The notes under the pieces are model-generated. The model ran no database searches, had not been told where the DNA came from, and saw nothing but the letters and a program-made list of their open reading frames with translations. Position numbers and translations under genes: made by a program. A DNA stretch of 64,000 nucleotides from Utricularia gibba (Eukaryota > Plantae > Magnoliophyta). This document shows, piece by piece, positions 37,885-51,389 of the stretch (within the stretch, counting starts at the first letter, position 1; every line of letters begins with the position of its first letter). The stretch lies in the NCBI GenBank assembly GCA_002189035.1, contig NEEC01000018.1, positions 1 through 64,000 on the forward strand. Reading direction: 5' to 3'.

Positions 37885-40800
37885 ATACTTTCTCAAACTA
37901 GAGCAGAAGTTGGAAAATGCTTCTTAGAATTCATAAATCTGGTGGAAAACCAGAGTAGAAAGAAAATCAAGGCCTTATGGTCAGTATATGAGGAGAGTAT
38001 ATACCTCATACAACATGGAATTACACACAATCGAGTCTCAACACTCTCACATTTGAGGATATTTGGCAGCATCTATTTTGTACAAATTCCGCAAGCAATA
38101 CGAACCAAGTTAAGTAACAAAATTAAAATGGGTGTATTCATTGGATATCAACAAATTCCAAAGCCTACAAAATATGGATACCTATGGAAAGAAAAGTTGT
38201 TATCAGTCGTGATGTTGTGTTCAATGAGAACAAAATTGGTACATAGAACCAAGAAAACTGGAAGCAAAAAAAATTGTACAACATATTTCCAACGTTTACA
38301 ATAGAAAAGGACATGGAAGATATAAACTCCACAACAGTTAGAAACAACTCACTTGAGCAAGCTGAAAACAAAGCATTAGAGAACACACAAATTCACATAG
38401 AAGAGACAAAATGTGAATCCCCAAGTATCTAAGAAACAAATTGGAATTCAACAGTAGAACATAAATCTAGAATGCTACCAGAATAAAAAAAAAAAGGCAA
38501 TACAGAATTTACCAACATCTGATTGTTCAGTCTTAGAGCCTACGGCAACTGAATGTGAAAATACTAGTGACACATCTTGATACCATTAAGCTGCTTTTGG
38601 CATTGGTAGGATGGCAAAAATTGGCCGGTGTGTTATCTAGACATCAAATCTGCATTTTTGAATGGTTCCTTGATTGAAGAAATTTATGTGGAGCAACCAT
38701 CCAGTTTTATTACTAAAAGACAAGAACATAAAGTCTACCTATTTCACAATGCACTATGTGGTTTAAAGCAAGTACCTAGAGTTTGGAATTTCAAATTTGA
38801 CCTACACTTTACCCATCAAAGTTATTCATGAAGTGAAAATGATAATACCTTGTATGTTCTGAATCATCAAGAAGGACAAGTCATTATATCGCTATACGTG
38901 GATGATATATTGTTGACCGGAGATAACCAAAAAAATGTGAAAACTGAAAAACAACTTTGAGCTAATAGATTTGAGGTAGATGACTTACTTTTTAGATCTT
39001 GAAGTCATTCAAACTCCAATGTACACTTATGTATCCCAAAAGAAGTATAATCAAGATTTGATAAATAAATATGGCCTCGATTCAGCCATAACTTTAGCTA
39101 TACCTATTACACTAGAAATGAAGAAGCGGTTCTATGATGAAAAAGAGGATACGTTGGACGTCAAAAATTACAGGGGAATTATAGAATCTTTGATATATCT
39201 TATTGTCTTTTGCTTTATTTAAATCTATATTAAACATTAACTAAATCTTAAATGTTATATGGATTGGGTGTCGATGTTTTTATTTTAAATTTTTATTATG
39301 CATCATCCAATACTTAACATTATACATTACAAATAATATATAATTATTTTTGAATAATAAAAACCGATCTGTTTTTTATAATGAATAAACTTTATTTAAT
39401 GATTTTAATATTACAAATAAAGATTTCATAAAATAAAAATAATTTCTGAAAATATTGGAAAAAAATTCTGTAGAATCAATTTTTGTGAAAATCGTAATTG
39501 CATATTAAAAAACCACAAATTGGAAGTTGAATAATTCTTTAAATTTGAGTAAACTCAATTCATAGTGATTAGTTTTATAAATAACATTTTTTTACATTGG
39601 ATAGTTTTCAAAATGGCTTTTCAATCGACTCTCCTACACTTGATGCGGACCTTCATTTGTCACTCGGCACTAATCGACCCTCGTATACTTGGCATCAAGT
39701 AAAACAAATCTTACTTGGTACCAACTGATACTCCCCAACTCAAACTGATCTACCCACCCATATCAATTACATTTTGACTCCGGAAGCCAAATCCTGGGCT
39801 ATTTTACCTGATTTGGATATAAAATTGAACTTGGACTATCACGACTTAAAATATAACGAATTCAATGATGAGTTCTCATAACTCTTTCTTTCAGATTCTT
39901 CAATTTCATGTAAAAAAAATATGTATGGCCTTTATTTTTTTGTTCTAAATCCTCACAAATGGGCAATAAATATAAGTCACTTTTGTCAAAGGTCGAGAAG
40001 AAAACAGAAATAGATTTCGACCAAATCTGATGCCAAACAATTGGTTGCGATGTAAATGTAGCCTATGTGTTGATTCGATATGGACGAGAGTAATTTGTAT
40101 CCATCCGGATGACGACGAGTTGAGGTGATCATTTTTTACCCAAGTTTTATCTGAATCAATTCATAACCTTTTAATTCATATAAATACTTTATTTATTCAG
40201 ATTTCAAAAATTTATATTTTCAAATATTTTTAGATTTAAATATATTCTCAATAAAACAAAAATACCAACAGAAGTTTTCATTCTTAAAATTGTAGAATGG
40301 TCATTACAATTACTCGATTGTGTTGATTATGTGAATAATAATTTAAAATCATTAAGTCACCATTATTGATTTGTAGGGATGATATTATAATTTTTTAGAA
40401 TATTATTAAATTAAAAAATACTTAAATAGATACTTTTAAAATTATTTAATATTTTAATTTGTCAAAAATAATTTACTTTATTAAATATTAATAAAATTAA
40501 TATTTAATAATTATTATTTATGATTTCAATTCATTTAGTTAAATTATTTTATTAAAACAATGAATATAGGATATATTTTCAAAAGAAAGTCATTCGAACA
40601 TTATATATTATTTGGATCATGTATATATTTTTCAAATGCCTATGTTTTTATTTAAAATTTTTATACAACATTCAATTCTTAAGTGTTATTTGTGTGAAAA
40701 GACCCCGTGCATTCCTTTCTAAAAACATGAGCTACTCTTCAAATGAAGTCTCTCACTCGGAAGCGATCTACCCTCTACGCACCCCTCAAGCCTTTTTTTT

Positions 40801-42324
40801 TTTTTTCTTTCCCTCGATATCAAGTCTCCCATCACTTGGTACCAACCTTTTCTTTTTCACTCATTATCACCCTACCCTTCTACACTCATGCTGACCTTCC
40901 TTGTGTCACTCAAAAAAAGTCATTCAGAAAACTGTTCATGGTAATAAATTGCATGCACTCAAATTTATAAAATTATCTATTTTCCAGTTTGCATTTATAT
41001 ATTATATTGTAAATATCTTAATTTGTGATTTTTTTAATATGCAATAATGATTTATAATATTTATATAAATTATTTTCGTTTCATAAAATCTTTACTTGTA
41101 ATTTTAAAATTATTAAATAAAAAGTATTCATCATTAAAAAAAGGAATTAGTTTTTATTATATAAAAAAATAATATATTACTTGTTTAAAATAAGTATTTA
41201 GAAAAAATTTTGTTGATTTGTTATCATAATTTATATTTTTTAAATAATAAGTAATTTTAATAGTAATTTAATTATCAATATTAAACAACATTGTGATATA
41301 ATTTAACAAAATATAAGAAAGTTCGCAGTTATACAAATTAATTTAGATGAAATTTAATAATAAAATAACAATTATTCTGAATTATTAAAGTTATTATAAA
41401 TCACCATCCCTTCAAATCAATTCTATTAATTTGAAATGATTAATTAATTTTTCATAAATTTTATTATTATAAATTCCAACTCCTCAAAACACAAAGTTTG
41501 ATTAGCCAAGTAAATAAGTTGTAGTTACTTCATAAGTTTAATTCTTTTTTTTCATATTTTTATAGAATTATTCTAAATACTAATTCTTTTTTAACAATGA
41601 AATTTTGATTTTTTTGTTTTAATAATAATATTATGTTCTGTAAAGTTCACAAAATGAATGTGCAGAGTAATCTTTTGCATGGGGAGATTTTTTTGATTAA
41701 TTCATTAATTTATCTAAGAGCGTATCCAAAGTGGAACCCCATCCCTCGAACTTTTGTACCCATTCATTTTTGGTGTCTATAAGACAACTCCAGTTCTGGA
41801 GTCAACCTGTGTCTTGCACCTGGATATAGACCCTTCAAGGTCTCTCCTGTCTCCCCTACATAGTGTGTGATGATTGTACTTCCATTTCTGCTAAATAATT
41901 GAGTCCCAGTGCAAGTGTCGGGCTCAAGTTAACTCCAACAGAGAATTAGGATCGAGCATATTGGAGTGGAACATGCCAACTACCACATTAGGATCAGAGT
42001 TCCAACATATTGGACTATAACATCATATCTTAGCAGCCGATGCAAAAAATAAATGTAAATCCTCATTTTGGCCCTAATGCAAAATAGTAAATAAAAATAT
42101 ATTTTAACTTTTAACACTTGAACATTTCCCAGAATCATTGAAAATTCTTTTTTTTTTCAATTAAGAAGCCACAACTTCCTATTGTCCACACTAGTTCTGA
42201 CTCACCCTCCTCGTCGCACTCAAGGTTGCTCATGCTCATCGATCACTCAAGGATTTTGTGACCATAGTTGTCGATTATTTAGAGAGTTTAATGATTAAAA
42301 AAAAGAAAAGTTTAGTTTCACACG

Positions 42325-43045
42325 TGCAACAAAAAGTGGGGCATAAAGGATTCCCGTTATTAGCCTGGTCGATATCAATATTAATCTATTGCGGCATAAT
42401 GACACTCTTAAGTAACGATTAATAGGTTGTATGATATGTATTTATTCAAGTTGTTTCTTCAGACTGTTGTGTAGATAATGTGTGTAGCCGTTGCTTCACA
42501 ATTCCTAGCCGTTGCACTTGTTTTGGGTTTCTACTGCCATCAATTGAGCTTGTGTCATTGGCAGCTCAGTTTTTCTCTTTCCTTGTCAGCCATATATGTC
42601 AACATTCCCCTGTGAGAAAGTAAATTTAAGCCTCTAATTTATGTATAGTCTGATTCCAATTCATTACTCATTGCCTTGAATAATGGTTGATCTTCAATTT
42701 GTCGCAGCTTCGTCTTCTCACGAAGATAGCAGAATTGATTTGGAGACAGCCGTTTGGTAAGTATGTCTGCTAATTGTCGTTTTGATTCTACAAATTTGAG
42801 CTTGATAATCTTGTCAAGTACATAATTTCAGATCACAGTATTTTACTTGAATATACTTTGTCCTTCTGAAGAAACTAGGGATTATTTCCCATAGAGATTG
42901 TAGATTTGTTGTCAAGGTTCATCCTGGTTGGTTTTCCTAGGTTCATTCCTATATCCTTAAACAGTTTTTGTATCCATTTCAAGTGATTTGTAGCAGCAAT
43001 TGCTGCCATATACTCAGCTTCAGTAGAGGATTTTACTGTTCTATG
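42325..43045 (-). mobile_element. Copia RNase H end, PPT and candidate short 3' LTR (~42325-42605)
   Basis: SSTEAEYMAA..LDNKSTISMGNNP; PPT-like caggggaa then TGTTGAC. The far LTR end is uncertain. Confidence 0.65.
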
Positions 43046-43073
43046 CAAATAGAGAGCCACAAAGGGAGAAGAT

Positions 43074-44070
43074 TGATAACACACATTTTATTAATGTTTT
43101 TAGGTTATGAAATTTAGATGTTTAATGATAAAATTATGTATTTTAATTATGATTTTTAATATTTTATTAATTATAGTGTTATTTATATTTTTATGCATAA
43201 TATAGACTAAATTAATGATTTAATCTACATTATGATTTCTAATATTCTTCCAAATATTAGCAACAGCATTGTGGATCACATTTAGTTAGTTTATGAGCAC
43301 AATTCGAAAGGGCACAAGATACAAGGAGAAGACATGATTACTATTAAACCGCTTACAATCTATAGGTTCAAGCCAGGAACAATAAATATGTCATGAACAT
43401 TGGACTGATTTTGAAAAATGGAAAAAAAGATGTGAAGATATTTTTGGAGAGGGGAGAAGGAGAACACGACCAGACCCCAGGAGGGGGAGGGAGAAGACAA
43501 AAGAAGTAAGATGAAGTCGATTTCTCTAGAAGGAAGACCAAGGACTTGAAGAACAACATCAAAGACCCGATTCAGCACTACTGTTCCGGGCAGTGAACAA
43601 ACATAAATTATATCATTAATCTTAGATCCACACCGCCATACTTCACCTTAAGTCATCCCTAAGGTTCTAGCTACTCATATATGAAAGATAAAACATGATA
43701 TCATTAAGATAAACTGAAGAGAATAACAAAGACATTGTAAAACAACAGCCAAAGTAACGAAATATCCAGCAAACTAAAGATAAGTTAGAGTGTTTTGCAT
43801 GTGGATTTTCTCCAATCTTCCCATAGAACTTTGGCAAAAAATTAATCATGGCCGGTTTAAATTCACTTGCTGCATCATCTGAAAAATTGATACACAATCC
43901 CTTGTAAGTGTGATCACCAGCATCTAATTCGTTCAATGTCTTCTCCTGTTCGGCCATTTTCAGATTTGGGTGGTTACAGTAAGGATTTCCTCAACTTGAC
44001 CACCTCCATTGATTTTTTTTGCGGTTCCCTCAAGCAGCCTTCTCGACCTCAAGATTAAAATCGAAATTCC
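43074..44070. mobile_element. Athila-like LTR fragment (43074-~43790) joined to a minus-strand Athila-like gag N-terminus (~43790-44070)
   Basis: TGATAAC start after a purine tract. gacccgattcagcactactgttc is shared with ~25085. Peptide KTLNELDAGDHTYKGLCI..FLPKFYGKIGENPH resembles Athila gag. Confidence 0.6.
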
Positions 44071-44992
44071 CTGCACGTAGCCGTGCATGCATATCACATA
44101 TTTTTAATTAATAAAATTAAAGATGCAACCATCATAACGACATGTGTTGCGACGCTTGCATCTCAAATATGTAACTCATGCTATGAATCAAGTTTATATA
44201 TCCAATTCATTGACTTGCAATTTGGCGAGTTAGTATTTCCTGTCCTAACTCGTGACGCAACCGAGGGTTAATTATCGGGTGGCTCCCATAGGTAATTGTG
44301 GGGCATGTTGGTCATTTTCAATTCCACTCCCTCCATCAAACCATGAGATTTTCATCGTATTAGCATCAAGATATGCAGTGGAGCTGACGTAGGATCGCGC
44401 TGGGAGGAACCAGATTTTTTTAATGTCAAAAAGTCACATTTTTTGTTTAATTTTAGGAGATGAAAGTCAGCATATTTTAGTAAAAAAAAAACATAAAATA
44501 TGTGAATTTGAATCATAAAGATACTAATTTTATCGTAAAATCTGAAAATCAGGAGCAAATCTGCTATGTAACATTGTTGTTATTATCATTAAATTATGTT
44601 ATCATGTGGTAGCCGAACATCCCCACTGGCACGAAAGTTGGAATGAACCTCCTCCTCCACTACACCACTGTACCAGTCTCCTGTTTGATGGCAACCAAAG
44701 ATTCGCAACATGTGAACGTTGTGGATTTTGTGCATGGCCCAGACCCCCCTCCCCCATTCACGATCAACAGTGACGTGACGCCTTTTTTTGAGCGACGAGG
44801 GAAGAAGCAGATAAGGATGACTTCCTTTTGCATCTTTTATGAGTGTTGGGTAGCTTTCGAAGATGGCCAGTGGCCATCACCGTGTAGAGGAAACCGCACT
44901 TCACATACGCATCTTTTTACAGAAGTGGACACTCTCCAACAATGACTTGCAAAAAAGACAGACACTAGATTCCGTTTCTTGGGTTTGTCTCC

Positions 44993-46797
44993 TCAGGGAA
45001 TCCTAGGAATGGCCTGGCAAACTAGAGGCTGCTTCATTTCCATAGAGAGCTTTAGGCATTCTGTCAAGTCTACTGAGCATTCACCAACTTCTATCCACTT
45101 GAACCTCTGAAGAAGTTGAGCTAGCCAGAGCTGAACCGTGGCGAGACCCATCGTCTTACCGGGGCAGACCCGACGCCCTGATCCGAACGGGGCCAACCTA
45201 AGATCAGACCCCATGATTGGCACGTCTTGATCAAGGAACCTCTCCGGGTGAAACTTCTCTGGCTGGGGCCAGATCGCTGGATCATGTGTGATTGCCCACA
45301 TGTTGACCATGGCGGTGGTGCCGGCGGGGATGAAGTGGGGGCCGAGATGAGTGTCATGTATAGCGAGCCGCGCCCATGAAAGTAGAGGACCAGGAGGGTG
45401 GAGTCTTAGAGTCTCCTTCACAATGGCTTGGATGTACGGGAGATTCACCAGATCTGTGTCGTCTACCGATCGATTCGATCCGACCATCCGATCGATTTCA
45501 TCTTGAGCTTTGAACTGAATCTCTGGGTGGAGGATCATCCTTGCTAGAATCCATTCTAACAAAATGGCTACTGTATCGGTTCCTCTGAAGATCATTTCCT
45601 GATCAAGTGCAAAAGGAAATTCTTTTCAGGACAGAATGTCAAGTGTACTCCATAATAGTGGAACACATGGGTATGCCTCTCTGTCTAAGACTTGTGAGGA
45701 TAAAATCTCAATGTATGTTGATATTTTCACATATACCATGCCATAAATGCAAAAGTAAGAGGACAAGATGAATAGTTGGAAAATGGAGTGTTGATGAAAT
45801 TCCCATTCACGGATTATAAGAATTACCCAAAGAACAGCAATCATGTCTGAATCTGAGAGCAAGTGCTCCTCCTCCAAATCAAGCAAGACATCAACGAAAG
45901 CATGGGGATCTTTATCATCATCTTCTTCTACTCCCTTACTCAGTGCCCTTTTCGCTCTATGCTCACTTACGATCTTCCCCACAAAACAATTCACTCTCTC
46001 AGTCAATTTCTTGCTCCTTTTCCTCACTCCCTGAAAATCAAACCAACGTAGAAACGGAAGGTGGTCACTCCAATTGAAGATCCCCAATAGTTCATAACCT
46101 TCCTTCACCAATCCGTCTAACTCATTCCCGTCTCCATTTTCGTCGCTGAAATCCTTGTATGTGCCGAAAACAGTCATCATCACGTTGTTAAGGGACCCAA
46201 GATGGAACAACTTTCTAGGCTCAAACCTAGAGTTGGACTCCATTTTCACCTTGATATCTTCGACCATTTTCTCCCCTATTTCTCTCCTGAAGTCCCCAAA
46301 AGAAGCCACTCTTTTCGGACTGAACAAATGGGTCGCAGCGATCCTCCTCAAATTCCTCCAATATACACCGTACGGTGCAAATCCGATGGCCCTATGAAAC
46401 AACAGCCCGTATGCGGATTCCTTGACGGGCCTATCTGCGAAAGCGGAGCTATTGAGGATCTCCTTCGCAGTGTCAGGATTATGGGAGATCACCATACGCG
46501 TGAACCCAACTGAGAACGCCATTAGTCCACCACCAAATCTCGCCGACATCTTCGCCAACAACTGATGTGACGTCCTGTCGGCCATCAGAAACGCCGATCC
46601 CAGAACCGGAATCCCTGATGGGCCGGGAATAGCGGTCTTGGAGCCCGTGAAATTGCCCATGCAAGGCCGCCGGGAGCGAGCCATAAGGCGAATACGGCGA
46701 GGAGTAGTAGGAAACAGGGAAAGGGGAAGAAAGCGAAAGCACATGGGTGGAAAGCGGCAGAGGATGAGAAGAAGTGAAAAATGGTATCCGAAGACAT
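44993..46797 (-). CDS. CYP78A: Cytochrome P450 CYP78A (CYP78A5/KLUH-like). Exons 46797-45827 and 45598-44993, with a 1-nt frameshift near 46640
   Basis: [50 protein letters not shown]|[19 protein letters not shown] and heme motif [14 protein letters not shown] intron 45826-45599. Exon 1 is 971 nt, one short of a multiple of three. Confidence 0.93.
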
Positions 46798-46890
46798 TGT
46801 CCTTGGCAGACGATGGGAAGAAGATGGATGAAGGTTGCTAGATTCCTCCGGTTTAAATAACGAAATGAGGAGCGGTGGTAATGAACTTGA

Positions 46891-46900
46891 CTATAAATAG
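46891..46900. promoter_or_regulatory. CTATAAATAG: candidate TATA element and/or C(A/T)8G MADS-type site ~95 bp upstream of the CYP78A ATG
   Basis: Motif match and position only. Confidence 0.3.
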
Positions 46901-48936
46901 AGGAAGAAGGCATACATTAGCGCGTCAAGGGCGAGCGCGACATTCCCACTTTTAACTATTTTGAATAATGAAATGAAAATTGCATTTCCTAAAATGTACA
47001 GAATAACGGCGTCATTTGACGGTTACAAATTTTGCCGATAAATTTTCATCATCTCGCACCTGGATGTTGGCCCACCTTTTCAATTAAAAAACTAACCGCC
47101 ATCATCCGGACGGCGGATTGTCTTCCGTGACTTATAAATTATAATACGGCACAGCCAATCCATTTGTGCATAAATATAAGTTTCTCCCTGCAATCATTCC
47201 TTCAAACCTGGAATTGAACCCGACCCTATTTTTAAAATTTGAACTCGAATTAGATCCTAATTCGTTTTGGAATCCAGCTCAGGTTTACTTATAGGAACGC
47301 ACGTATATATATCTTAGGGATTGGCCGACCATGATGCTGTAGCAATATTGCTCTCTCTCTCTCTCACCATAACAACTTGTGATGTGAGAGGCCGCTTAGT
47401 GTCACACGTGTAAATTAAATGTAGCTCCACCATCGTAATCGATTTAATGAAACGGCACCGGCACCACACGCTAAGACATAAATATGAATGCCGTGGCCTC
47501 CCTCCGTGTGGGTGTGGTTACACTTTTTTGGGGCCTACAATTGGGAAAAATGTTCATTATTTTCTCCAGTCCCATGAGAAAAAAAAAAAAAGGGTAATAT
47601 AATTTTGTTGTTGGCCCCTGCAGCAATTCACTCACGGTGACAGGGTGGGGGTGGTACATGGATGGCGTGTGGCGGCGTTGTGTTAGTGTTGGGGGAAGGC
47701 AGCATCGTTCGTTCTCCAGGGCATTTACGCTGGGGAGATAGATGCTTCTTCTCTTCCAAGTCTCATTCATCGGGAATCAGCAATCAGCAATGAGAGGGAG
47801 GGATGGCAGTAAATGGCGTGTGCATGTCGTGTAGACATCCCAATCCCAATCCAATCCCGCCTTCAACATTCCACACCCACCCCGCTCCCTAGGCCTACAC
47901 CCAACCACCCTACTTGCTCGGCCGATAAGGAAGGAACTAACTAACAGCATCATTCGTGATGCATGCCATGCCCACGAACCTCCCTCAACCTCCATTTTGC
48001 TGCCACCACCTTCCATTTATTTTCATACAATTACAATAATTATTTTCATCCAAAGATAATACAAAAATGATTTTTAATTCCTCCATTTAACTAAGATTGT
48101 TATATATAAATAATGAACACAAACATTTATATTTGTATTTGTTTATTTAATTTTATTGAACAAAAAATTTATTTAAGTCAATCGAATAAAAATTTTATTC
48201 ATGTTTTTTCATGTACAAATATATTTATTAATTATAATATTTATTTTTATTTACATTTAATTGATAAAAATACAATGCATTTATATAATTTAAATTAAAA
48301 TATAAAATTTATGTTAATAAATTTATGATAAAGTATAGAACAAATGTAATAATTAAATAATAATTTTAAAAATCAAAATATATCAAATGTTTTAATAATA
48401 ATTATTATTTTATTATCATAATTCTTATTTTATAGTTAAAATTTGATATGATTCAACATAAATGCAATATTTTTAATGTACATTAGTTTTTCATATATTT
48501 TAATCAAGAAAAATAATAAAAAATCATTTATAACTTGACTATTAACAAAAAAAATAATTCTAATATTATATATATTATAGAAATAATTGTAATATATTAA
48601 TAATATTAGTTAAGATAATATATTTATATTATTTTTTATATCAATTCAAAACAATTAGAGCATGTTTGGAACTGCTTCTAAAATTAATTCCAAAAAAGTG
48701 ATTCTCTAGAAGTGTTTTTTTTAAGCAATTTCTATTTGGTCCATCAACTTCAAACAAATAAAAAAGACCAAATAGAAAAAAACGTGTTTAGTGTAATTTG
48801 CTTCATATGAAATTTTTTTTTTGTATTGATATTACTAATATACTCTCATTGAATTTTTTTAACTACTCTCTTAAATTCATACATAACTCCACTACTACAT
48901 ACACTTATTTTCCATCTTGATTTCTTTTGTTCACAA

Positions 48937-50402
48937 ATGACATACACATCCATGGCTTTTGAGATGGAGTATTCATTGTCTCATTTGAAGTCATACACGG
49001 ATGATGATCAATCTTCAAGAAGAAATAAAGAAGTTTCAAAAATGGTGGTTAGTGTTGTATCTTTGATTGGTAGTTATTATGCTAATCGGGTGCATAAATT
49101 TCCATGTAATATAGAAAGTTTACGGGTGCAGAATTGTTGAAGGAGATGTTAGAAGTCAATCCAATTAGGTGTTATGATAAGTTAAGGATGAGAATTCATG
49201 TTTTTTATCAACTTTGTGAATTATTGAGTGAGTCTTATGGGTTGAAACCTATTGGGGGTGTCTCTATTCGAGAACAACTTGCTCACTTTCTTCAATATGT
49301 TGGCCAAGGTCACAATCAACGTCATCTTGCAGAAGAGTATAAACATTTAACTATGATGTTTTTTAGTTTTGTATCATCTATTTTTTTTGGTTAATATACT
49401 TTTGTATGGTAATGTTGTGTTTTGCATAATACTGTAACATGGACAATTCATAGATCGATACGTGCAGTTCTTAAAGCTTGTTTGAAGATGTCTAATGATT
49501 GGATTTATTTATTTCAATCTCACAATGTTACTCCTCCAGAGATCCAATTCGACGATCGATACTCAGGTTATTTTAAGGTTGTATATCATATATATTAGCC
49601 TATCCATTCTCTTAATTTATTGACTAATCATTATTGGATGATTTTTTACACTTTAGGGTTGCATTGGAGCCATAGATGGTACTCACATTGATGCAATTCT
49701 GCCACCAAAAAAGTAAATTCCATTTATCAAAAGGAAGGGAAAACCAACACAAAACATATTGGCTGCTTACGATTTTAATTTATGTTTCACTTTTGTGATT
49801 GCTGGTTGGGAAGGGACTTTACATGATTCACATGTGTTATGTGCTGTCATTAATGATCAAAATTCTAAGTTTCAAATGCCATCTCAAGGTGATTACTCAT
49901 AGTTGTTTAATGTGTTAATTCAAATGTGTTATTCATCATTATTCATTGATCTTGTTCTATATTAGGAAAGTACTACCTCGTTGACTCTGGTTATGCAAAT
50001 AGGAATGAGTTTATGGCTCCATACAGGAGGAAGAGATATCATCTTCCAAATTTTCATCGAAATCCATCTCTCAGAAATGGAAAGGAATTATTCAATTTCA
50101 AGCATTCATCCTTGAGATGTGCAATTGAAAGATCATTTGGAATTTGGAAGAAGAAATTCAAGCTAGTGACTTGCTTCCCTTCTCCATTGGCTTGAAAGAT
50201 ACAAATTAGGCTTGTAATTGTGACGATAGTAATGCACAATTACATTAGAATTATGAACAATGATGACCCAGATTTCTTAGAAGAAGTGCAAGAATATGAT
50301 TCACAAGATCCACTGATTGATTTGGAAGGTGCATGGGACAATGACATAGATGCCATAAGAGACTCTATCAAGGTGAAAATGGAAGCAGATAGACATCTAT
50401 GA
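48937..50402 (+). pseudogene. Harbinger DDE transposase, intron-containing, with stops and frameshifts
   Basis: CYDKLRM..F.QLCELL, CIGAIDGTHI, AGWEG..HDS.VL, YYLVDSGY, FN.KHSSLR..IERSFG.WK. In-frame TAA after LPPKK. Confidence 0.88.
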
Positions 50403-50449
50403 ATGTTCGATTTGACAGTTAACTATAATTCAGTGTGATTAGTATATAT

Positions 50450-51005
50450 TTGGAAGAAGTCCAACATACGGACATGAGTTATGCATAAACCATACACATG
50501 TGTATCCCACATTAACAACACCTACGAAATAAGTAATTTGGAAAGAGTCCAGCACACAGACATGAGTTATGCATAAACCATACACACGTGTATCCCACAT
50601 TAACGGTACCTACGAAATAAGTAATTTGGAAAGAGTCCAACACACGGACATGAGTTATGCATAAACCACACCCATGTAGTGTTAGATATTAACATCACCT
50701 ACGAAATAAGTAATTTGATAGATGTTCAACACATGTATCCCACATTAACGCTACCTATGAAATAAGTAATTTGATAAGAGTCCAATACACGGACGTAGAT
50801 TATACATAAACCACGCCCATGTGTATCCTATATTAACGCTACCTATGAAATAAGTAATTTGGTAAAAATCCAACACATGGATATAGGTTATGCATAAACC
50901 ACGCCCGTGTGTATCCCACATTAATGGCACATACGAAATAAGTAATGTGGTAGTAGTCCAACATATTTGTGTATTGGACTCCTACCAAATTACTTATTTC
51001 GTAGG
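50450..51005. repeat. ~88-bp tandem repeat (about 6 units, one shortened) ending in an inverted partial unit
   Basis: cctacgaaataagtaat recurs at ~50521, 50609, 50698, 50754, 50842 and 50930. Reverse-complement copy at 50974-51005. Confidence 0.9.
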
Positions 51006-51389
51006 TAAGGTTAATATAAAATAATTCAATACATGAATTTAAATACATAAATCAAAGTTTATGTTGAACATTGTTTTTTTTACTGTAAAATAGATTAATA
51101 AAACAAAAATTAATATTAAAAAAGTTCCAATTTATATGATTATTCGAGAATAAAATATATGTTGTATATTATTCACATAAAAATAAATCATTAAATTTTG
51201 ATGTAGATATATTTAGGTTCACTTGTTTCTTGAATTATAACTCAATAAATTTATATGCTAAAATAGAATAATAAAAATTCAGAAAACATGATAACGTCCA
51301 ACTCATTATTTTGTCTTCAACACAACAACCTCAAATCTAAATGAAATAGACAACATTAAGATAATCTACTTTTGCAAATAGCACCAACT

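Larger units (their letters stand above)
33176..39220 (+). mobile_element. Degenerate Ty1/copia internal region (gag, protease, integrase, RT) with nested LTR insertions
   Basis: gag PPIFDG..FHAWSRKM; CQEKGHLERVC; WILDSGSTNHI; FGLFIDDFS; DIKSAFLNGSL.EEIYVEQP; SLYVDDILLTG. Confidence 0.85.

Noticed and set aside
39220-44100. Helitron ends (TCTATATT at ~39225, CTAG at 42191, hairpin gcacgtagccgtgc at ~44075)
   Set aside because: The hairpin and CTRR are not correctly juxtaposed, and there is no Rep/helicase.
45121-46913. Several antisense and alternate-frame ORFs overlapping CYP78A
   Set aside because: Shadow ORFs of a GC-rich coding region with no independent support.
47300-48020. Possible miRNA precursor
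   Set aside because: I saw no match to the common conserved plant miRNA families and no long stem.
50450-50960. CRISPR-like appearance of the regularly spaced repeats
   Set aside because: The whole 88-bp unit repeats, there are no unique spacers or cas genes, and the context is eukaryotic.
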